In this document: piece after piece, positions 13,124-24,700 of the stretch
Numbering within the stretch: the stretch's first letter is position 1
Layout: each line of letters begins with the position of its first letter
Assembly (NCBI GenBank): GCA_035084275.1
Contig: CM068747.1
Span: 16,120,001 to 16,184,000 of the forward strand
Direction: 5' to 3'
Length of the DNA stretch: 64,000 bases
Source: Hydrolagus colliei
Lineage: Eukaryota
Position numbers and translations under genes: made by a program
Notes under the pieces: model-generated
The model's input: only the letters and a program-made list of their open reading frames with translations
Database searches by the model: none
Told to the model about the DNA's origin: nothing

Positions 13124-13373
13124 GCAAGAAACCAAGCAGGGCGAAACATTGGGCAAGTTTCCTTACTCCATATGCCTAATAATGATCCCTCAAAAAACAT
13201 CTGGTCATTTCAATCCACAACTGTTTATGGGACACTGCTGTGCACAATTGGCTGCCGCGATTCGCTCAAAAGACATACAGTTAATTCACTTTGCGGTACT
13301 ATCTGTGAAGGGCTTTGAGATGTCTAGAATATGTGAAAACTGCTTTATCAAATGCAAGGATTATTATTATTAT
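13124..13373 (+). mobile_element. tRNA-SINE, 5'-truncated
   Basis: GGGCGAAACATTGGGCAAGTTTCC through to ATCAAATGCAAGGA(TTA)n. Confidence 0.88.
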
Positions 13374-13480
13374 GTCACATGCCTGGAGAATATCATTGCA
13401 ATCAAGCAGCAATAGTGCGATTTGCTGACACCACTCTTTGGAGAACGATATTTGGTTTCAAATCGTTTTGGAAGCCAGTT

Positions 13481-13801
13481 AAATAATAATAATCCTTACA
13501 TTTGATATAACACGTTTCACATCTTATCAACATCTCAAAGTGCTTCACAGAATATATTGTAAAGTGAATTGACTGTATATTTGTGAGTGAAACACGGCAG
13601 CCAATCGCACACAGCAGTGTCCCACAAATAGTCAAGGATTGAAATGACCAATTTTATTATTGTGGTTTTTTTTGGTTGGATTATTATTAGGCGTGTGGAG
13701 TAAGGAAACTTGCCCAAGGTTCGCCCTGATCTGCCTGGATTCGAAACAAAGGTCTCACACTTGTAAGGCGAGTGCTCTAACCACTGAGCTACTGGAGCTC
13801 C
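13481..13801 (-). mobile_element. tRNA-SINE, full length
   Basis: Reverse complement GGAGCTCCAGTAGCTCAGTGGTTAGAGCACTCGCCTTACAAG...TTCGAATCC and the shared tail; tail-to-tail with the copy at 13124-13373. Confidence 0.92.
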
Positions 13802-14754
13802 AGCTGCTAGATCAAAATAATTTGTTATAATAAACCCTGCATTTGATTTTGTGCCATTCACGTCGGGAGGAAGTTTCCTAGGTCTGATTCAGTGTTGCTA
13901 TGATTCTAGTTTCAGGGTTAGTTTTGGCTGCCGTGCTGTGAGTATGTAGTTATCCTGTAAACAATTGGCACATATTTAATCCACCCAGTAGCTCAAAACC
14001 TGACAAGACAATACTAATACGATTCTGTATACTTCCTAAAATAGCTAAGATTTCTTCCCACTTACTTTTGTCTGATTGATTGGTATGTTTCTCATCATGA
14101 TACGGTATGATAGTAGTTTCTATTCATAGGTTTCTGGAGTGTGTGTGTGTGTGCCTGTGTGTGAGATAGGGGAATTAAATTAATAGGTATTTTAACCTTT
14201 TTCGCTCTTTTCCATTTATGTAACTGTTGTATATTCTGAAATATCTGCTGGATTCCAGTGAACAGCAAGGCCTTTTTAAGTATTGCTTAGAATTGGTACT
14301 GAATCAATGGGGTTCACTGGTTGTAGCAAGCAAAATACACTGAAGAGCATAGCAGGCAGGTAATGTCCCACTGTTCTAATTGAGTAAAATCATTGATTAT
14401 TCTCTTTACAACTTCTGGTTATGGCTTATTTTCTTCTTGTGGTTTATTTGCTTCGAACGATTAGCAAAGAACTATTGCTTCGGATTCAATCTTGACACAA
14501 CATAATTGAATGTTGCTTTTGCTTGTTGTGTTCAGATGGAATTGTGATTTCCTTACCTTAGGGAAATGGCTTCAGAGTTGTATACAGCCCCAAAGCATGT
14601 GTTGATTAAATGAAACACTTGTGATGTATTTCTAATAAACCAAGTTGCACAAAATGCTTCCTTTCCCCTCTTATATCTTTTATCTAAGCACCTCATCAAG
14701 CATTCTCTTAAGTTTGTGTGAAGGGTTATGACTGCTATTGCAGTATTCTCAATG

Positions 14755-15133
14755 AGTTATGAGGAATAATTAGACAAGCTAGGCCTTTTCAGTCTTGAGA
14801 AAAAAAACATCTGAGGGAAAAAACATACCGAGGAGTTTAAATTATAGATAGGATCGAGCAACCTTTTGCAGATCAATATTTTAGGATGTAGCTTCAGGTT
14901 AGTGGATTACAGCGGCAAGGAGCAATTTCAGGATAGATAATACGTTTTTCCTAACCAAGAGGGTAATTAACAACTGATACATGTTCCCAGGAATTATGGC
15001 TCAGATCAGGACACTGGACTAATTTGAAAACAACTTGATGCTATGCTGGGAGGACAGTTGGGTGGGCATTCTGGAAGGATGAGAGCAGATGGTCCGAAGG
15101 GCACTCTTCATTCAAAGTAATCCTGTGATCTTG
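14755..15133 (+). mobile_element. Old CR1/L3 3' end
   Basis: SYEE.LDKLGLFSLEK..LRG motif, followed by a CR1-like 3' UTR AGATGGTCCGAAGGGCACTCTTC. Confidence 0.7.
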
Positions 15134-15267
15134 CAAAGTGCCAAGGACAGGAAAACTTGTAAAAACCCTGCTCAATTGATCAATCTTAATTTACAAGCAA
15201 TTATAATCACTAAACAAAAACAATGCCTGCTTATCATTTCACCAATATGGCTCATCATGCCTCGGAA

Positions 15268-16217
15268 TCAATCAATCAATCAAAACTTACATTTACATAG
15301 CGCCTTACACATTGAGAGGACATCCCAAGGCACTGTACAGTCAGGTAGAGACAAGAGCTGTGGGGGAGGGGTCAGAGCAGGATGAAGGAGAGTAAGAGAA
15401 TTGACTGTATATTTGTGGGCAAAACGCAGCAGCCAAATTGCGCACAGCAGTGTCCCACAAACAGTCATGGAAGTGGGATTAGGGGAGAAACTGGGGAAAG
15501 ATGGCAAGTGGGGGAGGCGTCATGGTAGGGGGAAGGAGAGCAGGAAAACCAACTGTATATTTGTGGGCGAAATGTGGCAGCCAAATTGCGCACAGCAGTG
15601 TCCCACAAACAGTCGCGGAAATGGGGCCGGGGAGAAAGCGAGAAAATAGGGTAATGACGGAGAGGGAAGGTAAGGGGGGAGAGGGAGGGAAAGGTGGGGT
15701 AAAGTCAGGGAAGAAGAGGGGGGTAATGGGGGAGAGGGAGGGAAGGGCGGGTGGGGGGCAAAATCAGGGAGAAATGGGTGTAAGGTAGGGAAGAGGGAGG
15801 GGAGGGGGAAAAGGGGGAGAGAAAGGAAAGTGGGGACAGGGAGGGAGGGAAGAAGAAGAAAAAGGGGGGGCAAAGGTTAGGGGCGGGGGATCAAACAACA
15901 ACAATAAACGACAAAAGCAATAACAATCAACAATCATCCAGCAACCGCTCCTTGTCCTCGCCGCCCGCCTGGACGATCTTTAAAATGGTGGGAACTGGGC
16001 CCAGTGTGGTGACAGGCCCCAAAACCGACCGGCTCCTCAGCTGGTGTAACCATTGACTGGGTGACGGCCCTGGTACCTCGGACACGGCGTGTCTGGCCAG
16101 CTCACCCGGCAGCAGCAGCTCGACCGCCATCTGGAATGACTTGTCTCAGAGTCCCAGCGCCTTGGGTCATTCTCCTGACATGAAAGGCGCTATACAAGTG
16201 TAATTTTGTTGTTGTTA
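15268..16217 (-). mobile_element. Chimeric insert: L2 tail (-), two SINE core segments, purine-rich tract, H2B fragment, L2 tail (+)
   Basis: (AATC)n plus an L2 tail on minus at 15268-15335; SINE cores at about 15401-15467 and 15551-15615; G/A-rich 15620-15890; + strand L2 tail at 16155-16217. Confidence 0.7.
16040..16136 (-). pseudogene. H2B: Histone H2B C-terminal fragment
   Basis: Minus strand reads [20 protein letters not shown]/(1-nt deletion)TRAVTQ/(8-nt insertion)YTS, versus canonical [30 protein letters not shown]. Confidence 0.85.
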
Positions 16218-17546
16218 TTATCCGACAAATCCAGAAATAGAGATGGCCTGTTCAGACCCAGGCTCATACATCAACATTTTGCCTCTTTGGGTTGTTAATA
16301 ATTCAGGGCTGTATACATCAAGTATACCACAAATAGAATATGTACACATACACATATATATGGTTATTAGTGTTCGCTTCACAATTACATGCAAGAAACA
16401 ATACTATTCCTAATTACTCAAACAAATAAAGAAGACAACAATATACTCACCTCTACTTCTCTGCACCCTCAGAGACTGACTTTTGAATTTTGACCAGGCA
16501 CCGGTACTTTAGAAGGCTCTTGAAAAACTCCCTTCTCAACTGCTCCTAAGAACACCTTGCAGCCTTCCTCTCACAAATTACCCCAACACTTCTCCTCTCC
16601 CCGAAGTATGTTCTGAACACTGGACTCATTTGAAAACAATGCTAGCTGAGGACTGCGGGCTGGTGCACAACAGGTCTTGGAGAATTCCATTCTCAACTGC
16701 TCTTAAGAACACCTTGCAGGCTTCCTGTCAATCACAAGTTATCCTAATACTTCTCTCCCTGAAGTACGCTATAGGTCAGTACCTCTCTATTCTTCACACC
16801 CTACTCACTGTAGTCAGAGAATATTGTTACCCTGCCTTCTCACACGGATCAGATGAAAAGTATACTACCAGTTCTGGTGATGGTCTCGTAGCAATTAGAT
16901 TTTTCGGACAACAGCGGCAGACTGGAGATCTTAGATCACACCTTGAGGTCCCTCTCTAACTGTTGTGTCTATCTTCCCTGATGTCCTAAGTTGTAAATGC
17001 TTGGCAGGATCCAGGACAGTTACCAAATTCCTATCCCATGGCTGCCTATCTGTCTAGTATTTCAGTCCTCATTATCCATAATGTATATTACCTTACCCTT
17101 AGATGTGCACGCTTCTCAGCATCCATTGTTAACAGGGAGGTGACAGTCTGACATATTCCTGCTTCCCTGATATTCTCTTGTCTTTGTTTTTCTTCCTGTA
17201 GTATGTCTAGAGGTGTTGCACTGTATGCTTTTGATAGATTTAAGCAGTTTATCATTTGTCCTAAGCCTGCCTGATCCAATGCCAGCCTGCCTGAGGGTGC
17301 GGAGCAGCCCACGTCTTTAATGTACATTGCCCATAACATACTCACACAGCTTACTCAAATAAACTATCACTAATCTATCATTGAATAAAATACAAACACA
17401 TAAAATATTTAACACTCTTTAGCAGCCTACTTTTACAGGGTCTAGGGGTGAAGTCATATCTTCCTAAGGGATGATTCTATATTGAGACTTATCTCAAGCG
17501 CTCAAAGGTGCTGTCCAATGTGAAGAGCACTATTTAAATATAAGTT

Positions 17547-17634
17547 CCCAGGTAGTAAGCCCATGTAGGGCCCATATGGACATGGATCAACTCAATTTGT
17601 CCCATATGGGGCCCATATGGGCTTGTTACCTGGG
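17547..17634. mobile_element. 88-bp MITE with CCCAG...CTGGG termini and 2-bp TT flanks
   Basis: About 35-bp imperfect TIR: CCCAGGTAGTAAGCCCATGTAGGGCCCATATGGAC versus reverse complement CCCAGGTAACAAGCCCATATGGGCCCCATATGGGAC. Confidence 0.8.
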
Positions 17635-17684
17635 TTGTGGTTAGCTGAATTTCATTGTTTCAACATCACATTGAGCTTGCAACT

Positions 17685-17978
17685 GGAGTCCTGTAGCTCA
17701 GTGGTTAGAGCACTCGCTTTACAATTGTGAGACCTGTGTTTGATTCCAGGCAGGGCGAAAACTGGGGCAAATTTCGTTACTCCACACACCTAATAATAAT
17801 CCCTCAGAAACAATTGGTAATTTAAATCCACGACTGTTTGTGGGATACTGCTGTGTGCAATTGACTGCCGCATTATGTGATCAGTCAATTCACTTTACAG
17901 TATATTCTGTGAAGCGCTTTGAGACGTCTAGAAGTGAAATGCATCTATATCAAATGCAAGGATTATTATTATTATTAT
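17685..17978 (+). mobile_element. tRNA-SINE, full length (short subfamily)
   Basis: GGAGTCCTGTAGCTCAGTGGTTAGAGCACTCGC...GCGCTTTGAGACGTCTAGAAG...CAAATGCAAGGA(TTA)n. Confidence 0.92.
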
Positions 17979-18239
17979 TTCATTTCAATGATCATCAACA
18001 ATTCTCAAGGAAACTGGACTGGTTACAATTTTACTTGAAATGGACAAGACTTCAAACAGACACTGATCATAATGCTTGAATTATATTTTTTACAAATCAT
18101 GTTCGGTTTTGCTTCTATAATATCTGTACATTATGAGCCAAATTTTGACTTGCTAAAGTGCCTCGTAATGATCCGAAAAACAATCTCTGTGGATCATTTG
18201 CCTGTCATGACCATTTAATGACAGCAATTAGTTAATCTC

Positions 18240-18700
18240 ATCTGGAGGCTGAATTGAATGCTTTAGTATTGCTGAGCAAGGTAGGGCAAGGAAAATCAGG
18301 AACCCAGAGGACTTGTTTCTGATCATATCTAGAGATCCCTACTGGAAAGAGTTCATGGGTGGATGGATCAGCCTAGCTTTGAAGCTCGCTTCATCTGACT
18401 AATTCACCAACTCTAACCCTCAAGGCTCAAAAAAAATGACTTGTATTTATATAATGTCTTTCAAGTAGTTAAGTTCCTTTACGGTGGTGGAGGAATACCC
18501 AAGCTGTGTGGAGATGGGGAATGTTCAAAAATAAATGACCAAAGCATAGCCCAAAAGGTATGTTTTTTTTAGTAAGGTTTTGAAAGCAGATTGAGAGGGC
18601 ACAAACATAAATAATACCACTTGGATGTCAGATGTCTGCTACAGTCTGCGGTAAGAATACTTTCAGGAGAAACAGAAGGGAGAAAATTGAAGGAGAAAAT
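18240..18700 (+). mobile_element. Ancient AmnSINE2-like SINE interrupted by an L2 remnant (about 18430-18600)
   Basis: GGAAAATCAG...CTGATCATATCTAGAGATCCCTACTGGAAAG...AGGCTCA / CCACTTGG...TTCAGGAGA..AGGGAGAAAATT resembles the AmnSINE2 consensus as recalled. Confidence 0.55.
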
Positions 18701-18707
18701 AATACAG

Positions 18708-18887
18708 TAATAATAATCCTTGCATTTGATATAGCACTTTTCACAATTTACCGACGTCTCAAAGCACTTCCGAGAATATACTGCAAAGTGAATTGACTGT
18801 ATATTTGTGGGTGAAACCCAGCAGCCAATTGCGCACAGCGATGCCCCACGAACAATTGTGGAATGAAATGACCAATTTTTATTATTT
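18708..18887 (-). mobile_element. tRNA-SINE 3' half
   Basis: Shared tail and core on the minus strand. Confidence 0.85.
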
Positions 18888-19484
18888 ATAAAATAAATTG
18901 ATCAAAAAGAGAAAAATTTATTTTGAGATCTAATTTCATGCATGAAGCATATGGCTTAATAAACTGAATAGGTTTCTAATGTGTACATCAGTTCCATTAA
19001 GAAAAATTGCCAGACAAAACAAGACCAATGTCCATCCAGTTTGTCATCCATCATCCTGGCAGTGGTATGTACATGTCAGGTCCCAACTATTTGCTGTACA
19101 GATATTATATTATTTTCAAAATTAAATCCATCTAATTTGTTCTTGAAATAATATTTTAATATATACTCTTGTTCATCTGTGATACCCCCTTAAAGAAAAT
19201 AAATATACCATGAGTTATATTATAGTTCATATTAACATGAAATTTAAGCATGGGCCTCAACAATTGAAAGTCTAATTAACTTCCAGTCTTCCAGTTCAGC
19301 AACAGAGCTTGATTTTAGAGATTGTTTACCCACATTTCTCTGAGAACATGTACAGTATGTGCTTTAGTGGGAAAACAACATTGGGAAAGTTCTGAAGGTT
19401 TTGAATGTGGCAATTGAATATTCTTTAAAGAAAATTAATTACTATGCTGAGAAAATTAGCTTTTGTATTTAAAATTGGGGAGCT

Positions 19485-19752
19485 GTCCTGTAGCTCATTT
19501 GTTAGAGCACCATCTTACAAACGAGAGTGGGTTCAATTCCAGTCAGGGCGATACCATCGGCAAGTTTCCTTACCTGATAATAATTGCTCAAAAAAAATTG
19601 GTCATTTCAATCCACTACTGATGTGCACAATCGGCTGCTGCATTCACCCACAATTATACAGCCAATTCATTTCACACTGTAATCTGTGAAGCACTTTGAG
19701 ACATCTAGAAGATGTGAAAAGCACTATATCAAATACAAGGATTATTATTATT
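19485..19752 (+). mobile_element. tRNA-SINE
   Basis: GTCCTGTAGCTCATTTGTTAGAGCAC..GGGTTCAATTCC plus the shared tail. Confidence 0.85.
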
Positions 19753-19884
19753 AAAGGAATGGGAGATACTTTACCATCCAAGTACAGTCGGTGAATTTTT
19801 TATGATTGTTTTTGAACAGAATTTTTTTACTGAAGAAATGCTTGGGGCAGTTAATAATAATAATTTAATAATAATCCTTGCACT

Positions 19885-21420
19885 AGAATCATGGTACTGT
19901 ACTGTATATACAACAAAGAATGTGCCGGCTCTTATTGTTAGTTGTTATTGAATCGATTTGCACCACCCTTTCAGGCAATGCATTCCAGAACCAAACAACT
20001 CGCAGTGTGAAAACATTTATTCTCATCTACCCACTGTTTCTTTGAACAACTATTTTAAATCAGTGTCCACAGGTTACTAGCCCACCTGCCAGTGTTTCAT
20101 ATTTACCATAACAAACCCCTTCATAATTTTGAAAACTTTTACTAAGTCTCTTCTTAACCGTCTCTGCTCCAAGGAGAATAAATCTTAGCTTCTCTAGCCT
20201 CTTCTCATGACTGCAATCTCTCATTCCTGGTGAACCTCCTTGAATTAACTTCCTAAAATGTGGTTTCCAGAACTGAACAAACTACTCCAGCTGAGGCCTA
20301 ACCTTTTAAAGATTTATCTTAACTTCCTGACTTTTATATTCTATAACCCTATTGATATAGCTTAGTATCCGATATGCTTTTTTCTTTTAAAAAAAGGTTT
20401 ATCCACCTGTCCTGCCACCTTCAAAGATTTATCTATATGTATCCCCAGTATCCCTGTTCCTTCACCCCCTTTAAGATTCAACCACCTAGCTTATATTGCC
20501 TCTCTCATGCATCTCTTTGCATTTCTCCAGTTTAAACTTCATCTGCCACAAGTCTGCCCATTTTACCAGTCTGTCTATGTCATCTTGCAATCTGCTACCA
20601 TCCTCGTCACAGTTTACTATTTTTCCTAGCTTTGTATCATCTGAAAACTTGGAAATTGTACTCCCTATACCCAAGTCCAGTTCATTTATATACCGGTAGA
20701 TCAAAAACAGGAGAGGTCCCAATACCGACCACTGGGAAAAAACATTGCATACTTCCCTCCAGTCAGAAAAACAACCATTCACAACAACCCTGCTTTCTGT
20801 TTCCCAGCCAGTTCTGATCCATGCTGCTATTCCTCTTTCATACTGTGGGCTTCTATTTTGGTTATAAGCCTCTTAAGTAGCACTTTATCAAACAGCTTTT
20901 GAAAATCCATACAAACAACATCAACTGTACTGCCTTCATCCACCCTCTGCGCTACTTCATCAAAAACTCTGTCAAGTTTGTTGGACATGATTTGCCTTTA
21001 ATGAATCTGTGTTGTTTGTCCTTTTATTAACCCATATATTAGGAAGTGAAAATTAATTTTCTCCCTGATTATAGTCTCCACAGGTTTCCCCACGACTAAT
21101 GTTAGGCTGATGGGATTGTAGTTCCCTGGTTTAACCTGCTGGGTTTAATCTTCTTTTTGTACGAGGGAATAAAAATTACAACCCTCGAGTCCTCTGATAC
21201 CACCCCAGTGTCCAAGGAAGAATGAAAGATTGTGGTCAGAGCCTCCATTATTTCTACCCTTACTTCCCTTTGGTAGCCCAGGATACATCCTGACCGGATC
21301 AGGTGCCTTATTTACCTTGAGCACCGTCAAACATTTTAGTACCTCTTTTGTTTATTCTTATCCTATCCAATTCCTCCAACCTCTCCTCCTATACTGTGGC
21401 ATTGGCTGCATGCTCTTCTA
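19885..21420 (-). mobile_element. CR1 LINE, 5'-truncated and decayed RT
   Basis: Minus-strand peptides [73 protein letters not shown]. Confidence 0.9.
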
Positions 21421-21424
21421 TTGT

Positions 21425-21742
21425 AATAAAGCCCCATATCACATCTTTGAGATGTCTCAAAGCATTTCACAGGATAATACTGCAAGTGAATTAACTGTAT
21501 ATTTTATGGTTGAAATGCAGCCACCAATTGCACAATCATGGATTGAGTAACTTCAGTTAAAAAAATATAATTTGAAGGGATTATTATCCCCAGAAAAGCA
21601 TTGAGCCAACTAACCAACAACTGGGTTCCCATTTACCGCTAAATAAACAAAGATATGTGGAATAAGGAAATTTGCCTAACGAATCGAACCCAGATCTCTC
21701 GCTTGAAAGGAGAGAGCGCTAACCACTCTGCTACAGGACTCC
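21425..21742 (-). mobile_element. tRNA-SINE (long subfamily)
   Basis: Head GGAGTCCTGTAGCAGAGTGGTTAGCGC..GGGTTCGATTC plus the internal GTTTATTTAGCGGTAAATGGGAACCCAGTTGTTGG segment. Confidence 0.85.
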
Positions 21743-24700
21743 ACAGTGCTGATTAATAAGAACATCTCAATACTGACATGCAATCGATGTGTGGTGGTGT
21801 TGGTCGAGTGTTTCCTGGCCAGTCGCCAGGAATTGGAGTGGCAGACTGGAAGCACTGGAAGCAGGGATGCTTTCCACTCAGCTCCAGTTAATTCTGCAAG
21901 CTAATGGTTAGAGTCGTCTTAGCTGCACATGCAGAGAGAAGCTTGCCAGATAGTCCGCATGTGAAAGTGTTTCTGCTGTGAAATCAGGTTGGGAAGTGTT
22001 TGGATAGTTCATTATGCTGAGCAATAGATCTTTCATCAATTTTTCTTCTTGACTGTTCAGGGTTATCTGCAGGAAGGAGGTGAAACTACTCAATGCAGAT
22101 CAGCAATTTTTGACACTGCATTGAAATGTAGCCCTGGTAATACCTTCAACACATTATTATATCTGAAAACATTTCTATGAAAATGGCAGATTTATGGTTC
22201 TCTCCATTTTTTTGTCCTACAGGGCAGCTCTAATTTATTTGTTTGGGTGCTTTGCTGAATGAGCAATTAAATTACTTTGGCAAACTTCCAGCAATTAAAA
22301 AAAAAGAGTACAGAACAATCATAACAGAACTCGATGGGTTACCAAACACAGCTAAAGAATGTCCGGCTCAAGAATCTGAAGAGCATTTTTCTATAAAGTG
22401 GCAAGTCCCATCAGGTGTCTTTATACCACATACTGATTGATTCCATCCACTACATTTAAGTAGGGTTTTAAAATATGTAAAATTCAATGAATATAATGAC
22501 TGCAATACATAGGAGGTCAGCATGGTAACAGACACACTCGACTCCGCGAAACATTACAAGAACTCTACATGATAGACAGCGCTGTACACTTCACTTCCTG
22601 AGACTCCATAGCAACGGATTGTCAGAATCCTATCCACCCTCTGTGGCGGTCTCGGTAGTCTAGTTCCTAAACCGTGCAGGTCAGCGGTACTTCAGGTCAC
22701 TGTTGATGACAGACAGTCCAGCACAGTTCATCAGCAGGGATTCTTCCCTGTCAGTTTATGTTAATACTGCAAGCCAAAATCCTAATAGATCAGGTGATGG
22801 AATGCTGGACAAGCAGAGAGAAGCTTGCAGACAATGCTCTCAAATGGCAAACCATATAAATTTAGCTTGTAAACTCTAGCAATACCTCAATTTATATTCT
22901 GGAGTCCTGAAGCCTTAACTGACTATACCTGAGAGCATAAGCACTCTTAGATATAGAGGATACATATTTCAGATTATATATCTATATATATCTATCTTTA
23001 TATATATATATATATAATAATCCTTGCTTTTCATATCGTGCCTTATCACTGCTTCGAGACGTCTCGAAACACTTCACAAAATGTACTGAAAAGTGAATTG
23101 CCTCTATATTTTGTAGGAAAAATATACAGGTAAGTGCTCTAAGCCGCTATCCCACATGAAGGAAGCTTTATAGCAATAATCCTTGCATTTGATATTGTGC
23201 TTTTCACGTCTTCTAGACGTCTTCACAGAATACATTGTAAGGTATTCTGACTACAATCCCATGATCCCTTGTTTAGTAACAACATACTACGAATGAATAT
23301 AAAAATGTTCCTTTAGTTTTAAAGAGGGAATAGAATGATGTAGGCGTTAATTTTTTTGTAGGTGAAACGCAGCAGCCAAGAAGATGTGAAAGCCGCTATA
23401 CCAAATGCAAGAATTATTATATAATCCTTGAATAAGACAGAAACTAATCACAATACTAACTACTGTACTGCTTTTTCTTTTCAAATCAGTAATGAAGCTT
23501 CATTTTAGTGTGCTCAGTTTACCTAGCAACGTGATCGGCCACATCAATTTTAATGAACCTGGAAAAGGAATCATGGTGTGATTGGGACATCCTCCTGATG
23601 TGAAAGGTGCTATACGAGTGTAATTTTATCGCTGTTGTTGTTATTGTAGTTATTTGAACAGAAGCGTCCCTGATAGAACAGACACCAGTCACATTGGACT
23701 TAGGAAGAATAAATACTTTTGTTCCCCCCCCCACTGATGTAGGTGTAAGTATTGCACTTGCCTTTATACTCTTCAGTAGTTATCACCTGAGTGCATGAAC
23801 AAATAATGTACTTCTCTCACTTCCTCAGAGCTTGATTTGAATCTCAACTCTTCTTAACCATTAATCGAGTCTCGTACACCATCCATCCCTCTGTAAAACG
23901 CTGAACAATTGAAAGGAAGTCCAAATTTTACCTCAATGCAACCTGACTGATTATGTTTCGGGACTAAATGAAAGGTAGCAATGAAACTAAATGAAACAAG
24001 CACCCTATCAACAAGATGCATCAAAAGCATTGGTTCATTTTTGTGGCCATTATGAACACTCTGAAGTGCTGATGGTCAAAGGTTAGACATTCAGCTCAGT
24101 TATAATGGTGAGGTCAGCAATAGCAAACACACTAAAATGCATCAAGATTGTTGGTTCATTCATCATGAGCAGACTGGAGCAGGTGGAACACAAGCACACA
24201 AATGAACTTTCTGTCCACTTAATAAACAAGGACAGCACAGATTAGATACATGACATCACATGCTGTGTGGCCTGAAATCTTGTACAAATACATTGTTTAT
24301 ATAATCACAGTTTCCTGTGCTATTACCTGGCCACACTCTCTGCATGCACAAGATGGTTCAAATGCAGAAAAAGGGAAACTACCTACAGTATATAATAATA
24401 ATATTCCTTGCATTTGATATAGTGCTTTTCACGTCTTCTGGACCAAGCCATTGACTGAGACACATTCATTTGTGATTTCTGATCAAATGTCAATGCCTCC
24501 ACGGAAATAGAGGACGGTTTTTCATCTTTGTGATTGCAGTATCAATTACTCATTATTTTCAAGTTATAAGTAGTAGCACGTCGGGTAGGTGGAAATTAAA
24601 AAGATATGGTCATTTAGATCAAGTAGCAGACAATTCATTCTTGTAGGGGAGGACAAGACACAAGTCAGTGAGAAAACAAAGACATTGCAGGTTGTTCTGG

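Noticed and set aside
15927-16130. 67-aa minus ORF as a functional histone variant
   Set aside because: Only the C-terminal 30 or so H2B residues are present, with a frameshift and an insertion; there is no histone-fold N-terminal part.
17685-17760. tRNA genes at SINE heads (also 13730-13801 and others)
   Set aside because: No acceptor-stem pairing or terminator; each continues into the SINE body.
21908-22093. Minus-strand ORF with an acceptor-like site near 22068
   Set aside because: No recognisable homology, stops in all frames nearby, and it overlaps the ancient repeat.
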